Shown: positions 35,987-45,494 of the stretch, piece after piece
How the letters are laid out: each line of letters starts with the position of its first letter
Position numbering within the stretch: the first letter of the stretch is position 1
Virus record (IMG/VR): IMGVR_UViG_3300024493_000316
Length of the DNA stretch: 64,000 nt
Origin: an uncultured virus (IMG/VR IMGVR_UViG_3300024493_000316)
Taxonomy: Duplodnaviria > Heunggongvirae > Uroviricota > Caudoviricetes
Direction: 5' to 3' (one strand)
The notes under the pieces: generated by a model
What the model was told of the DNA's origin: nothing
What the model saw: only the letters and a program-made list of their open reading frames with translations
The model's database searches: none
Translations under genes and position numbers: made by a program

Positions 35987-36421
35987 TTACAGCAATACTT
36001 TGACTTTGATGCACGGAACATCGTTTCTGGGCGTCGCCTCGCCGATGGTGACTTCGCCGTCAGCATGGTTCGCGTCCTCCTCGAATGTTCCGATAGCAAC
36101 GCCAGTCGTGTTGTTGTCGGTTACCCTGCCGTCAGCGGCAACGAAAGCTTCCTTGCCGAGCAGACCGGACGCGGCAATGCCCGTCGCCGTCTGAACGCCG
36201 CAGATACCATGCGTCACGCCGACACCTTTCGGAACGGTTCCGCAATGACCCGCGACGCCGAACGCCGGCTCGCCGGCAGTATCGTAAATCGCGACAGAGT
36301 CATCGCTCGCCCGCTTTACGACCCGCCCTTCGGGTATGGGCGTTCCGCCGTTGGCGCCGGAAAGCCACTTAGAGTAGGCAACATTATCGTTGCCCTTGTA
36401 TAGATGAAGACCAAGTTTCAT
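35987..36421 (-). CDS. Head decoration/cement protein
   Basis: Gly/Ala/Val-rich 144 aa between scaffold and capsid. Confidence 0.55.
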   Translation of the reverse strand: MKLGLHLYKGNDNVAYSKWLSGANGGTPIPEGRVVKRASDDSVAIYDTAGEPAFGVAGHCGTVPKGVGVTHGICGVQTATGIAASGLLGKEAFVAADGRVTDNNTTGVAIGTFEEDANHADGEVTIGEATPRNDVPCIKVKVLL

Positions 36422-36475
36422 GGTTATTCTCCTTTGTTGGTTTGATTTCGATTAGCTTTATTTGAACTGTGCTCT

Positions 36476-37195
36476 CTAGCGGACAGGCTTCCTTACGAAA
36501 TCCTTGTATCCGTCTTTCGAGTAGTCGAGGAATCGCTTGTTATATTCTTTCTGCCCGTCGCTTCCAGAGCCGAACTGGTCGCCCTCTTTTTCCTTTTGGA
36601 GAGCCTCGGCCTTGAGCTTCTGCTTGAACGCGGCCTTGCCGACCTCAATGATGTCGTAGAACTTGCCAGACTGCTTGATTTTCTCAACAGTCGAGAGTTT
36701 GGAATACTCGTTTGCCATGTTCTTGTGTTTTTCCGGCAAGAGATCAAGGTTGTCTTGGAGCTTGATGAAAGCGTCGATAACGGTCTTGCGCTTTTCATTC
36801 GCCCTCTGCAGCTCGTCGCCGCCATTGCTCGCGTCGATGTTTTGGAGGGCTTCGGGGAGGGTATCCGCGAACATACCAGTGCATTCCTTTATGGTATCCA
36901 TGATATTATCGTTGAAGCGAACCGTGCTGGCTATTTCCTCCTCGCGGGCTTTAGCTTCGGCCTCGGCCTTGCGTTTGGCTTCGATCTCAGCGTTGTAGTC
37001 GCGGGGATCGCCGTCTTTTCCCTTGCCGTCGCCTTTGTCGCCGGCGCCGCCAGGTTTTCCATTGCCGTCGCCGCCGCCTTTGTTGCCGTCATCGCCCTTT
37101 TTGTCGGAAAGTCCTTTTAGGGCTTCAGCAATAGGGTTCAGCGCGGAGCCGATCATATCGCCGATTTCTTTTTTGTCGTCTGCTTCAAGTGCCAT
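36476..37195 (-). CDS. Capsid scaffolding protein
   Basis: Charged, helical, low-complexity N-terminus; position upstream of capsid. Confidence 0.6.
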   Translation of the reverse strand: MALEADDKKEIGDMIGSALNPIAEALKGLSDKKGDDGNKGGGDGNGKPGGAGDKGDGKGKDGDPRDYNAEIEAKRKAEAEAKAREEEIASTVRFNDNIMDTIKECTGMFADTLPEALQNIDASNGGDELQRANEKRKTVIDAFIKLQDNLDLLPEKHKNMANEYSKLSTVEKIKQSGKFYDIIEVGKAAFKQKLKAEALQKEKEGDQFGSGSDGQKEYNKRFLDYSKDGYKDFVRKPVR

Positions 37196-37238
37196 AGTTT
37201 TACTCCTTAGTTTTATTTAGGTTGAAAATTAGCTATAT

Positions 37239-37829
37239 TTAATTTGCGTGGTATTCGGAGGCTAGGACTGCGCCGCATTTGCAGCCGTAGTCCTCGAGCC
37301 AGCCGAGTTCCAGCATTTCCCGCTTGGTGAACGTCTGCCCGTAGTGGAGCATATGTTCGTCGCGCGGGTATTTTGAGGACGAGGGGAGCCAGACAAGAAG
37401 CTCGTCGTCCGAAAACTGCTCGATAAAGTTCAGCTTCGCGTCGTATGTCAAGGCCATAAGTAGCCGCGCGCGGAGGAGCTTGCCCCCGTTCATGGCCTCG
37501 TCCGTGGCCTCTTGGTCGCCCATTCCCTCCGCCCGAAGCTCCATATACTTGTCGTTGTAGAAGTCCAGCGTTTTGTAGAGGGTTTCATCTATGGCCGCGC
37601 CGCGCAGGACGCGGTTCATCAAAAGCTGCTTCAAAACCACACTCGCGTTGAACGTGTCGGGGTTCATCAGAGCCTTATCCAACATGGCGCGCGGAATGGT
37701 CGCAAGGAACAGGTCGTAGTTGAACTCCGCGTGCAATGGCGCGTAGGGGTCGAAAACGACAAACGGCGCAAGCCCCAGAGAGGAGGTCTTATGGTCTATA
37801 CTCCCCAGCGGGGTATTTACGCCTATCAT
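37239..37829 (-). CDS. Minor head morphogenesis protein (Mu gpF-like)
   Basis: W..S....R..H....G...GCKC motif. Confidence 0.7.
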   Translation of the reverse strand: MIGVNTPLGSIDHKTSSLGLAPFVVFDPYAPLHAEFNYDLFLATIPRAMLDKALMNPDTFNASVVLKQLLMNRVLRGAAIDETLYKTLDFYNDKYMELRAEGMGDQEATDEAMNGGKLLRARLLMALTYDAKLNFIEQFSDDELLVWLPSSSKYPRDEHMLHYGQTFTKREMLELGWLEDYGCKCGAVLASEYHAN

Positions 37830-37924
37830 CGGTCGTTCCTAGAGTGTTGCGTATTTGCTGTTTGGGTGGGTAGCTAGGTAGTTTGTTTGTTGCTCTGCAG
37901 ACAAGCCTCTCCACCATTCAAGGT

Positions 37925-39061
37925 TTAGATTGCCCCCCCCCCGCTAGGTTCAGCATTTCCGCCATTTTCCGAGGGATTTAGCCTCGTGTATAACACCGGC
38001 GCCGGCGTAGGCTTCGGCTTGTCGGCAAGAATAGGAATGTCTTCCTTTTCCTTATCCATCTCCACCTTTTCTTTGTCCGTGACCTCCATATTCAAGAGGC
38101 GGTTGGCGAACATACGCTTCTCATACTTCGAGAGGAGATCGCTGTTCTCGACAGCGATGAGCGCGCCGGAGTAGGAGGTTATCGCGCGCCACATCTGGGA
38201 AACGAAGTGAACTTCAATCCCGTAGAGCTTGTCCGCGACCGGCTTGAAAATCGTGTTGAAAAAGATTTTCGTGCCTTTCTCGATCATCGAGAGGTCAGCG
38301 TCGCCGACAACGCTCATGCCGGAGGTCAGCTTGCCGTTGAAAAACGAGATCGGATATCCGAAAAAGGCCGACAACTCGGCATATATGCTATCGGACGAGG
38401 CTTGGCTGGCCGTGGTATCGACCTTTGGCAGCTCCGTGGTGTCCTCGCTGTCGTAATACACGGGCTTGCCTTTCAGCATTCCCTTTACGACTTCCTTGAT
38501 CTGGTTTATGACTGACGGCAGCTCTTTTCTGCTGATAATCTTGCGTAAGTCCTTTATCTTGAACTGGAGCGCGGAGGCGACGCCCATCTGCGAGTTATTG
38601 GCCGCCTGCACCCCATAGACTTGCGCCATGTAGAACTTGATGAGGTCGGTCTTTGTGAACTTCTTGAAATTCACGAGGATTCCAACATCGGACTTGCCGT
38701 TCTTTTCGTAGTCCTCCTCGATCTGTTTTCGCTCTTTGGTCGTGGCATTCCGCACAAGCCCGCCGTCATACACAAGGTATAGTATCGACTTTTCCATCAT
38801 CGCCCAGGCAAGGCGGGAAATGAGGCCGTGTTGCGGCATGGAGGCCTCGGCGCTGTCGAACAGGCTCTTTTCCACATCTTCTTTTGTTATGGGCGAGCAG
38901 TAGTCATAGCAGAGGGTCAGAATCTTGATGTAAAGCTCGACCGTCTTGAACCTTACAAAATCCTCGCGCGGGATCGCAAGCGCGAACGGGCTGTCGAACT
39001 CGGTTGTTTCCGCGCGCGGCTGGTCGTTCGTAAAAAATCCATTGAAAACGCGATCGGACAT
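37925..39061 (-). CDS. Portal protein
   Basis: Follows terminase; G.P.S.F.G....G motif. Confidence 0.65.
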   Translation of the reverse strand: MSDRVFNGFFTNDQPRAETTEFDSPFALAIPREDFVRFKTVELYIKILTLCYDYCSPITKEDVEKSLFDSAEASMPQHGLISRLAWAMMEKSILYLVYDGGLVRNATTKERKQIEEDYEKNGKSDVGILVNFKKFTKTDLIKFYMAQVYGVQAANNSQMGVASALQFKIKDLRKIISRKELPSVINQIKEVVKGMLKGKPVYYDSEDTTELPKVDTTASQASSDSIYAELSAFFGYPISFFNGKLTSGMSVVGDADLSMIEKGTKIFFNTIFKPVADKLYGIEVHFVSQMWRAITSYSGALIAVENSDLLSKYEKRMFANRLLNMEVTDKEKVEMDKEKEDIPILADKPKPTPAPVLYTRLNPSENGGNAEPSGGGAI

Positions 39062-39294
39062 TACTTATCCTTTATCTTTTCGAACGAGAGGAGCATATGG
39101 TTGATTTCCTCCTCCGAAACTTTCTTGCCAAAAAACACGATACGGAACATCGCCGCGTTCAGACCTATCAGTAGGTCGATTTTCTCGCGGGTTTTGAGGT
39201 TTTCCGCCTCTTTCTCGGCTATGGTTCTTTTAAGGTTGCTGACGCGGACATCGTTGATCCACTTCTTCAGCCGCCGTTTGAGTTTTTTCCACAT
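39061..39294 (-). CDS. Hypothetical protein
   Basis: 77-aa ORF coupled to portal. Confidence 0.5.
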   Translation of the reverse strand: MWKKLKRRLKKWINDVRVSNLKRTIAEKEAENLKTREKIDLLIGLNAAMFRIVFFGKKVSEEEINHMLLSFEKIKDK

Positions 39295-39304
39295 GGTTGT
39301 ATTC

Positions 39305-40612
39305 CTATTCGTCCACTCTCCACTTGTCCTCGTCCATTGGCAGGTGTCCGGTATTCAGCATTAGCGCGGCCAGCGCGTCTATGCCGTCGTCATGCTTCGC
39401 TTTGTAGGCATACTTCCGAACATTGGAGCGGTAGATTTCGTTTGCCTCGACCAGCCGGCCTACGACTGACTGCGCGTATCCTTTGCTCTCCAAAAATTCC
39501 GGCGTGAGCTTGAAAAGGCGGATATAGTCCGTCTTATCCGCCATCTGGATTATTCTCTGGTGCTTCGTAGAAGCCTTGGTGCAATAACCCGTGGCCGGAA
39601 TGCCAGCGTCGCGCAGGTCGATTTCCGCTTTTGCCCCCACGCCGTTCGTTTCCACGAACACCCTGTTGCAAGGGAAAAGCGTTAGGATTATTTTCATATC
39701 GGGAACGAGATCCCAGTAGGCCTCCTCGAACATGAACCCGACGCTGATATGGCACCGCGAGAGCGGATCAACCCCGCCGAGGACTATTGCGGTGTAGTCG
39801 CCCTTGCCCGCCGAGGGGTCTATATCCATATCGTTCGAGGGGGTAAAATACTCACACTCTTGCACGGTCAAGAACGACATCGCGGCGTCCGCCATGACAT
39901 TCAAGAAGTAGGAAGCCTGTATCTTCCTCTCGCTCGTGGTCTGCCGGAGGACGGATAGATCGTGATCGCGGCTAGGAACGCTTCCCCACGGGAGCGCAAG
40001 CTCCTTGACCCGCCCGCGCAACTTGCCATAGTAGAGGTCAAGGTTCGATACCGGCTGCCCCGCTAGGACAATGTTTGTAGTGAGCTGAACCAGCTCGTCG
40101 TAGCATTCCTCGACCGAGCGGCGCTCCGCCTCCGACCATGCGTCCAGAGGGCCGACCATATCGTCGCCCCATATCAGCTTGGGGTGGTGGGAGCGGAAGC
40201 CTTTTGACCCGACCGGCAAGGTTAGAACATTCGGCTCGCCGTGATTGTTGCCCTTGACCCGCAGGCCGCTCATATAGCTGCCACGGACTTTGACTCCGTT
40301 CGCCTCCAGGCACGCCGTTATGAGGGAGGCGTCCTTTTCGATACCGGATTTCGACTTGCCCGTGATTATGCAAGTGAACAAAGGATCGCGGTATATGAGC
40401 CAAGCGATAATCTCGGCGTAGGTGTAGGACTTGCCGATACCGCGCGCGCCCATACACATACGCGGCTGTCGGTTGTCCGTTATAAACGGCAAGATGTCGC
40501 ACAAGCCCTCTATCGGCGGGTCGTATGGCGTGCGGGCGACGAACTCCTCGAACGATAGCTTATGGCTTACATCGTCGTCAAACTTAAATCTGACTTTTAG
40601 CTTAAAGGGCAT
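39305..40612 (-). CDS. Terminase large subunit
   Basis: GARGIGKS Walker A, WGDD Walker B, DPS..GDYTA, ETNG, HDDGIDA nuclease motifs. Confidence 0.85.
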   Translation of the reverse strand: MPFKLKVRFKFDDDVSHKLSFEEFVARTPYDPPIEGLCDILPFITDNRQPRMCMGARGIGKSYTYAEIIAWLIYRDPLFTCIITGKSKSGIEKDASLITACLEANGVKVRGSYMSGLRVKGNNHGEPNVLTLPVGSKGFRSHHPKLIWGDDMVGPLDAWSEAERRSVEECYDELVQLTTNIVLAGQPVSNLDLYYGKLRGRVKELALPWGSVPSRDHDLSVLRQTTSERKIQASYFLNVMADAAMSFLTVQECEYFTPSNDMDIDPSAGKGDYTAIVLGGVDPLSRCHISVGFMFEEAYWDLVPDMKIILTLFPCNRVFVETNGVGAKAEIDLRDAGIPATGYCTKASTKHQRIIQMADKTDYIRLFKLTPEFLESKGYAQSVVGRLVEANEIYRSNVRKYAYKAKHDDGIDALAALMLNTGHLPMDEDKWRVDE

Positions 40613-40613
40613 T

Positions 40614-41024
40614 TCAATCTGCCCCTTTGAAAAGATTCCCCAAAAGGGATACCACCTCGATTATTTCGTCATTCTCTAGCTCTGGGAGCCTATCTTTTAA
40701 CTCTTGCGCGGCGGCGTGGGTCAAGTCGCGGAAAACCTGCACGACGTCGCTGTCCGAGGCCGGCGCGCCCTTTTTCAAGGGCTTATGCGTGTCCTCTTTA
40801 TCCTTTTCGATGTTCTTGCGGCTCTCGCCGATCTTCTTTACCAGCGCCGGCAGCGCATTACCGACCGCGATAAGCTCGGTGCCGGTTTCGATCTCGTTCT
40901 TATACTTGGCAAGCGTCTTGGACGAAATGCCTAGCTTGGCCTGTATGTCGCCGAAGCTGACGCCTTGCCGGAGCAACTCCCTAATCTCTGGGAGCAATTC
41001 CTCTCTTTTGGATTTGTTTGCCAT
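40614..41024 (-). CDS. HTH protein, probable terminase small subunit
   Basis: N-terminal HTH (GVSFGDIQAKLGISSKTL); immediately upstream of TerL. Confidence 0.6.
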   Translation of the reverse strand: MANKSKREELLPEIRELLRQGVSFGDIQAKLGISSKTLAKYKNEIETGTELIAVGNALPALVKKIGESRKNIEKDKEDTHKPLKKGAPASDSDVVQVFRDLTHAAAQELKDRLPELENDEIIEVVSLLGNLFKGAD

Positions 41025-41127
41025 GTGATACTAGCTTTATTTGTGCTTCGCGCGCTCACTTTCCTTTGGCACTTTCCTTTACTTTCCTTTGGAACATTTT
41101 GATTTTAGGGAGTTGTCTGAAAACTAC

Positions 41128-41391
41128 TTATAAGGTAATGCGGATTCTGCGTGTGCGCTTTTTGGGTTTCTTGCTCTCGCCGATGAACTGGGCTATGGTA
41201 TCAAAAGCCCTTACATCGCCGTCTGCGATGGCCTTTGCCATGAGGGTGTAGGCCATAGCGATCTTGTTGCTGATTTCCTTGCCGGAGAGTTCTGGGAATA
41301 TCGCGCGGATTTTGGCCTCGACCTTTGGGGTCGTCCGGCTCTCAAGAAGCTCGGCAAAAATCTCTCTGAACTGCTTGCTGTCGTTTGTCAT
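41128..41391 (-). CDS. Phage protein (small-terminase-like KA..GD..A motif)
   Basis: LMAKAIADGDVRAFDTI...GE. Confidence 0.5.
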   Translation of the reverse strand: MTNDSKQFREIFAELLESRTTPKVEAKIRAIFPELSGKEISNKIAMAYTLMAKAIADGDVRAFDTIAQFIGESKKPKKRTRRIRITL

Positions 41392-41447
41392 TGCCTATCA
41401 TGCCGTTCCCCCTCGGTTTGTGGGCGGGGGTGGCCGGATAGCCGATC

Positions 41448-41699
41448 TCAACAGAATTTTGCCCTAAGTAGCTCTACCGCCCGCGTTTCTAGGGCTACGG
41501 GGTCTTTCCCGATCTGCTTGTAGAATGCAGGGGAAAGAATTGCCGAGGCCGCCTCCTTTGCGGCTTCGGTCGCCTCGCTCCGGTCAAAGAACCTAGAGGC
41601 CAGCATTACTGCTTTCCTCTCATTGCCGCCGGCGAGGAACGCGCGGAGCTTGTCCGCCTTTGATTGTATTCCTTTTTCCTTTCCAATAAGTCCGTTCAT
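41448..41699 (-). CDS. Hypothetical protein
   Basis: AAGGAG RBS. Confidence 0.55.
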   Translation of the reverse strand: MNGLIGKEKGIQSKADKLRAFLAGGNERKAVMLASRFFDRSEATEAAKEAASAILSPAFYKQIGKDPVALETRAVELLRAKFC

Positions 41700-41754
41700 C
41701 ACAAACTCCTTTTTTCGTCCAACACCTGCCATATTAAGGTAAGAGTTGTGTCGT

Positions 41755-43134
41755 TCAAGGAGTTTCTTCGCTTTCTTCCAAGAATTCTTTTATCTCGACA
41801 TTCCCCAGCTTTTCTGCGGCTTTACGGGCATCGCCTTTCAAGAAAACAAGCACATTCTGGTGAACTTTGCAAACTTTCCGGCTGGAGCGGAACATATTAC
41901 CGACCCGAAGCGCGGAAGTGCCGATCGCCGTTTCGAGGACTATTTCGTTATAGTAGGCGAACCCGGCGTCCATAAACGCCTTTATCGTGTCGCCGAGGAA
42001 ATTATAGTAGTTGCCGCCCTTGGCGCGCACCTCGCCGACAACCCACACCGCAAAGGTGTCATCTTTCATCTTTGCGTAGGTCTTGGCGATTATGGAGCGG
42101 TAGATCTCCAAGAACCGGCCATATTCCATATTCGACAGGTCGTCGGGGTCATCGCTATACACCTCTAAGTCCGCATAGGGCGGGCAGGAAAGCACCATGT
42201 CATACGCCGCGTCCTCAAGGGTGTCAAGGATCTCGTTGCTATCGCCGCAGAGCCAGTTCGGTATGTTGTCCGGCATAATCTTGGCGGCGTTCTCGAAATT
42301 AGCCTCTATCTGCTCCTTGCGGAGGTCTATGCCGGTGTATCGGCGGCCAAGATGGTGCGCTACTATGCCGCGAACAGAGCCGCCGGCGAAAGGATCAAGT
42401 ATGTGGTATCCGTCTTTGGCAAACCACGAGTAGGCCACCTCGCATAAAACTGGATCGAACAGGGAGGTTTGTGGGATAATCCCCGACTTGTCGAGGTATT
42501 TTTCCTCAAACTCCTTGTTATCGACCTCTCTGCCGAGCCGCGCCTCAAGCGCGTTCTTCTGCTCGTAGTAGTCCGGTATGGAGCCGGACAGAGAGGTTAT
42601 CAACAGGGCGTCGTCGCGGCCTTTCTCGCTCTCGATCCCCAAATCTATCCACGCCCGCTTGCGATCCTGCCATTCGCCGGATTTGGCATTGAGGACGGAG
42701 AAAGGAGGAATGAGATACTTCTCGGAGAGAACCCCAGCTTTATGGGGTTCGGAAAGGCCGTCCTCAATGTCAATTCCCATGTCTTGGAGTTCGGAAACAT
42801 CAAAATCCTCATGCAAGAGGTCTAGATCGAACTCCGAGCTATCGGACGCCGCGTTATCGGCCACCGCCAACTTGCGGCGCTTCTCGTCGGCGGTGGCAAG
42901 GTCTGTGCGCTTGACTACCACAAGCTCCGAACCGTCAGTTTCAACGATACGGGTGGGGATTCCGAGCTTTTTTGCCTGCTCGAAAACTCCATTACCGCAA
43001 ACGACACCGTTTTCCTTGTCGATAACTATCGACCGACCGGCGCCAAGCTCCTGCAGGCTCTTGTTGATGAGCGCCTTATTGCAGTCATCGTGCTTGCGAT
43101 AATTCCTGCTGTCTAGGCGAATGTTATCTTCCAT
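41755..43134 (-). CDS. ParB-like N-terminal domain fused to amino-DNA methyltransferase
   Basis: N.RKH...SIVID....CGNG, ADN; DPFAGGS motif I and SCPPY motif IV. Confidence 0.8.
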   Translation of the reverse strand: MEDNIRLDSRNYRKHDDCNKALINKSLQELGAGRSIVIDKENGVVCGNGVFEQAKKLGIPTRIVETDGSELVVVKRTDLATADEKRRKLAVADNAASDSSEFDLDLLHEDFDVSELQDMGIDIEDGLSEPHKAGVLSEKYLIPPFSVLNAKSGEWQDRKRAWIDLGIESEKGRDDALLITSLSGSIPDYYEQKNALEARLGREVDNKEFEEKYLDKSGIIPQTSLFDPVLCEVAYSWFAKDGYHILDPFAGGSVRGIVAHHLGRRYTGIDLRKEQIEANFENAAKIMPDNIPNWLCGDSNEILDTLEDAAYDMVLSCPPYADLEVYSDDPDDLSNMEYGRFLEIYRSIIAKTYAKMKDDTFAVWVVGEVRAKGGNYYNFLGDTIKAFMDAGFAYYNEIVLETAIGTSALRVGNMFRSSRKVCKVHQNVLVFLKGDARKAAEKLGNVEIKEFLEESEETP

Positions 43135-43164
43135 TTGAAGTCCTTTTCACCCCTCAGCGAAAAA

Positions 43165-43440
43165 CTAACTATGTTGCTGCCCCTCCTCCTCGTCGGGCAT
43201 TTCCACCACCCAGCCGTCATCGGTCGGGTTGCGCTTGATCTCGTGTTCGGTCTTGTTGCGATCGTTCCATACATACAGGCGCGCGTCCAGAAAGTCCTCC
43301 TTGATGAGCTTGAAGCACTCCCAGGCTTTTGTTATGGTAACCCAGAAAAGCCGCGTGTTGACTTTCTTGTTATACTTCGTGTAGTAGTAGATCGTATAAA
43401 TCCACTTGCTGCCGTTCTCTATAAACTTCTTTTGCACCAT
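43165..43440 (-). CDS. Hypothetical protein
   Basis: ORF in operon orientation. Confidence 0.45.
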   Translation of the reverse strand: MVQKKFIENGSKWIYTIYYYTKYNKKVNTRLFWVTITKAWECFKLIKEDFLDARLYVWNDRNKTEHEIKRNPTDDGWVVEMPDEEEGQQHS

Positions 43441-43493
43441 AGCAATACTCAAAATTGTGGGAGGGGGAAGTCGGACGGACAAACCCCCATAAG

Positions 43494-43568
43494 TGGTTGA
43501 GCCGCGAGGACTTGAACCTCAAATCCAGCAGTATCAGAGCTGTGTGATAACCATTTCACCACGGCTCA
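43494..43568 (-). tRNA. tRNA-Ile(GAT), atypical U31-U39
   Basis: TGAGCCG/CGGCTCA acceptor stem, GTGA/TCAC D-stem, CT-GAT-AC loop, TTCAAGT T-loop, encoded ACCA. Confidence 0.75.
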
Positions 43569-43571
43569 GTT

Positions 43572-43646
43572 TGGTAGCGGGGGCGGGAATTGAACCCGCT
43601 ATCTCCGACTTATGAGGCCGGTGAGATACCGTTTCTCCACCCCGCA
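43572..43646 (-). tRNA. tRNA-Met(CAT), initiator-like
   Basis: Cloverleaf with CT-CAT-AA loop, U1-U72 mismatch, A11:U24, encoded ACCA. Confidence 0.85.
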
Positions 43647-43775
43647 ATAGGAAAACCGCCCGAACTGCCTTTTTTCTGCTGGAGGGCAAAATGTGGGGAG
43701 AGTCCGGGCGGTTTTTGTGGAGTTGGGAGAGAAAAGCTCACTTGCGTGAGTGAAAAAATCCCAATTCTATCAAGA

Positions 43776-43804
43776 ACTATAACAGAAAAATCCGTAAAAT
43801 GCAA
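43776..43804 (-). promoter_or_regulatory. Sigma70 promoter upstream of tRNAs and late genes
   Basis: TTGCAT-17 nt-TATAGT with extended TG; overlaps AAAATCCGTAAAA repeats. Confidence 0.6.
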
Positions 43805-43832
43805 AAGCAAAAATCCGTAAAATCCGTAAAAA

Positions 43833-44060
43833 TTAAAAGCCGAATTTCTTTCTATGGCGAAGCTCATAGAATTGCTCTATTGAAGCTGCTAGGGTTGAGG
43901 CTTTCATTATCGCTCTATCGAGCGCCCGCTTCAACTGCCTAGCGTCCTTTCTGATACATGGCGGCATGGCTTTCGTTGATTCGACGATATCCGCATATGT
44001 CTTAGCCGCCGTCACACAATCGTGAAGTAAATTTGCGTAGTCGCTGGTATATTGTGCCAT
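43833..44060 (-). CDS. Hypothetical protein
   Basis: AAGGAG RBS. Confidence 0.5.
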   Translation of the reverse strand: MAQYTSDYANLLHDCVTAAKTYADIVESTKAMPPCIRKDARQLKRALDRAIMKASTLAASIEQFYELRHRKKFGF

Positions 44061-44064
44061 TTCA

Positions 44065-44682
44065 TCACTCCTTTACATCTTTTTCGAGGTATTCCCTCAT
44101 ATTTTTAACCTCGACTCTCCTCGACAAGTCGGCATAGTCGGAGGCCATGCGCGCCTGAACATCGCTCATATATGCGGTGGGTTCGTCCGTGAGTTTTTTT
44201 GCTTTCAAGACCATGCAGACGGAGTTGCTTGGCATACCCCGTTCGTCAAAGTCCACCAAGAAAAGGCCGTAAGGCAGATTATGTTCGCGGATATAGTCGC
44301 GGATAAACTCCCAAAGAGGCGGCGGGGCGCAATACGAGAAGTAGTTGGGTTTGTGGTAGCGTATCATGGGATACTTTGCCTCGTCCGCGTTTTCGGCCTC
44401 GTTTGTGCCGGCATAGCGGGCGTGCTTGCCAGCCTTGTGTGTGAAGTCTTTAAGGAAGTCTTGCTTTGTAATTTTGATTTCGATCTCATGTAGCTCGTGC
44501 AATGGGGAGCCAGGAGTGCTTGGGTTAAAGACGCTTTGTATAACGGCGAAATCTGCTATGTAGCCTTGCATTTGTAGCTCGGTGCAAAACATACTGGAAC
44601 TACGCCTTGCAAATCTCCAGTAGCACATCAAGGCAGCCTTGATATTGTCCGAGGTGTAGTGTTCGCGGTATCCCTCACTCAT
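44065..44682 (-). CDS. PD-(D/E)xK nuclease-like protein (MmcB-like)
   Basis: ADF...EIEIKITKQDF..D..K...PNYFSY. Confidence 0.6.
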   Translation of the reverse strand: MSEGYREHYTSDNIKAALMCYWRFARRSSSMFCTELQMQGYIADFAVIQSVFNPSTPGSPLHELHEIEIKITKQDFLKDFTHKAGKHARYAGTNEAENADEAKYPMIRYHKPNYFSYCAPPPLWEFIRDYIREHNLPYGLFLVDFDERGMPSNSVCMVLKAKKLTDEPTAYMSDVQARMASDYADLSRRVEVKNMREYLEKDVKE

Positions 44683-45079
44683 CTGTCCGGCCTTTATTAT
44701 TGCCACTATCTCCCCCTTGCTTAGGCCAGTATTCCAGCATATCCATAGTGTGGAAAGGCGAAACCCAGCCAGGGCGCTTTTTGATATGCTGGTATAGGCG
44801 CTCATTCATGAAAGAACAGATCCGCGCCGGCTTGTTCTGTTTTGCCGCTTCCCGCTCCAACGCCCGCATAAACAGCTCGAAATGCCCGTTATGCTGCTCC
44901 TCGTTCAGTATCATGAGAATATCGAGCTTGCCCCGGATATACAGGCCGCTGATAGTGCCGAACTCATAACTGCAAGCGTCCTCGGTGCGCGGCCAGAAGA
45001 AGTCGTAGATGAACCTTAAGCCTGCTTTCTGTGGACGCCAGCACTTGTCGTAAAAGGTTATGGCTGTGGGGTTATTCAT
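44675..45079 (-). CDS. Hypothetical protein (possibly GNAT-like)
   Basis: Coupled ORF; HNGHF..FM..LE pattern. Confidence 0.45.
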   Translation of the reverse strand: MNNPTAITFYDKCWRPQKAGLRFIYDFFWPRTEDACSYEFGTISGLYIRGKLDILMILNEEQHNGHFELFMRALEREAAKQNKPARICSFMNERLYQHIKKRPGWVSPFHTMDMLEYWPKQGGDSGNNKGRTDE

Positions 45080-45494
45080 TTTTGATATACGCCTTTCTTT
45101 CGAGCCAAAGGATATATTCGCGGGCTTTCTTGATTATAGGCGCGTCCAACTTTTCGAGCCAAAGGATATATTCGCGGGCTTTCTTGATTATAGGCGCGTC
45201 CAACTTTTCGAGCCATGCGAAGATTTCCTTGCGGTTTTCATTCCTTTCGATCTTCTCCTGCGTAGCTTTCTCCCACCTTTTTTCAGCCATATTCCAATTT
45301 TCTATTGCCTTTTCTGGCGAATCCCCGAACATCACGCCGGCGCAACGCAGTCCAGGCCGCCGGCTACCCTCAACACAGCCCACAGAAAACCGCATAAACC
45401 CGTCGCCGCCGTGGTCATGCACTACCAATCCCCCGCCGCACCTGGCGCAGGTGCCGGTCTTTACGATGGTGGCTGTCGTTGTAGTCTTTGTCAT
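45072..45494 (-). CDS. Zn-finger (Lar-like) protein with 18-aa tandem duplication
   Basis: CxxC...C....C...AIENWN; WLEKLDAPIIKKAREYIL twice. Confidence 0.55.
   Translation of the reverse strand: MTKTTTTATIVKTGTCARCGGGLVVHDHGGDGFMRFSVGCVEGSRRPGLRCAGVMFGDSPEKAIENWNMAEKRWEKATQEKIERNENRKEIFAWLEKLDAPIIKKAREYILWLEKLDAPIIKKAREYILWLERKAYIKNE
45098..45215. repeat. Perfect 54-bp tandem repeat (2.2 copies)
   Basis: 45098-45151 = 45152-45205, partial copy 45206-45215. Confidence 0.95.

Noticed and set aside
37933..37942. C10 homopolymer as a phase-variation switch in the portal gene
   Set aside because: It lies in the last few codons, so slippage would only change the extreme C-terminus.
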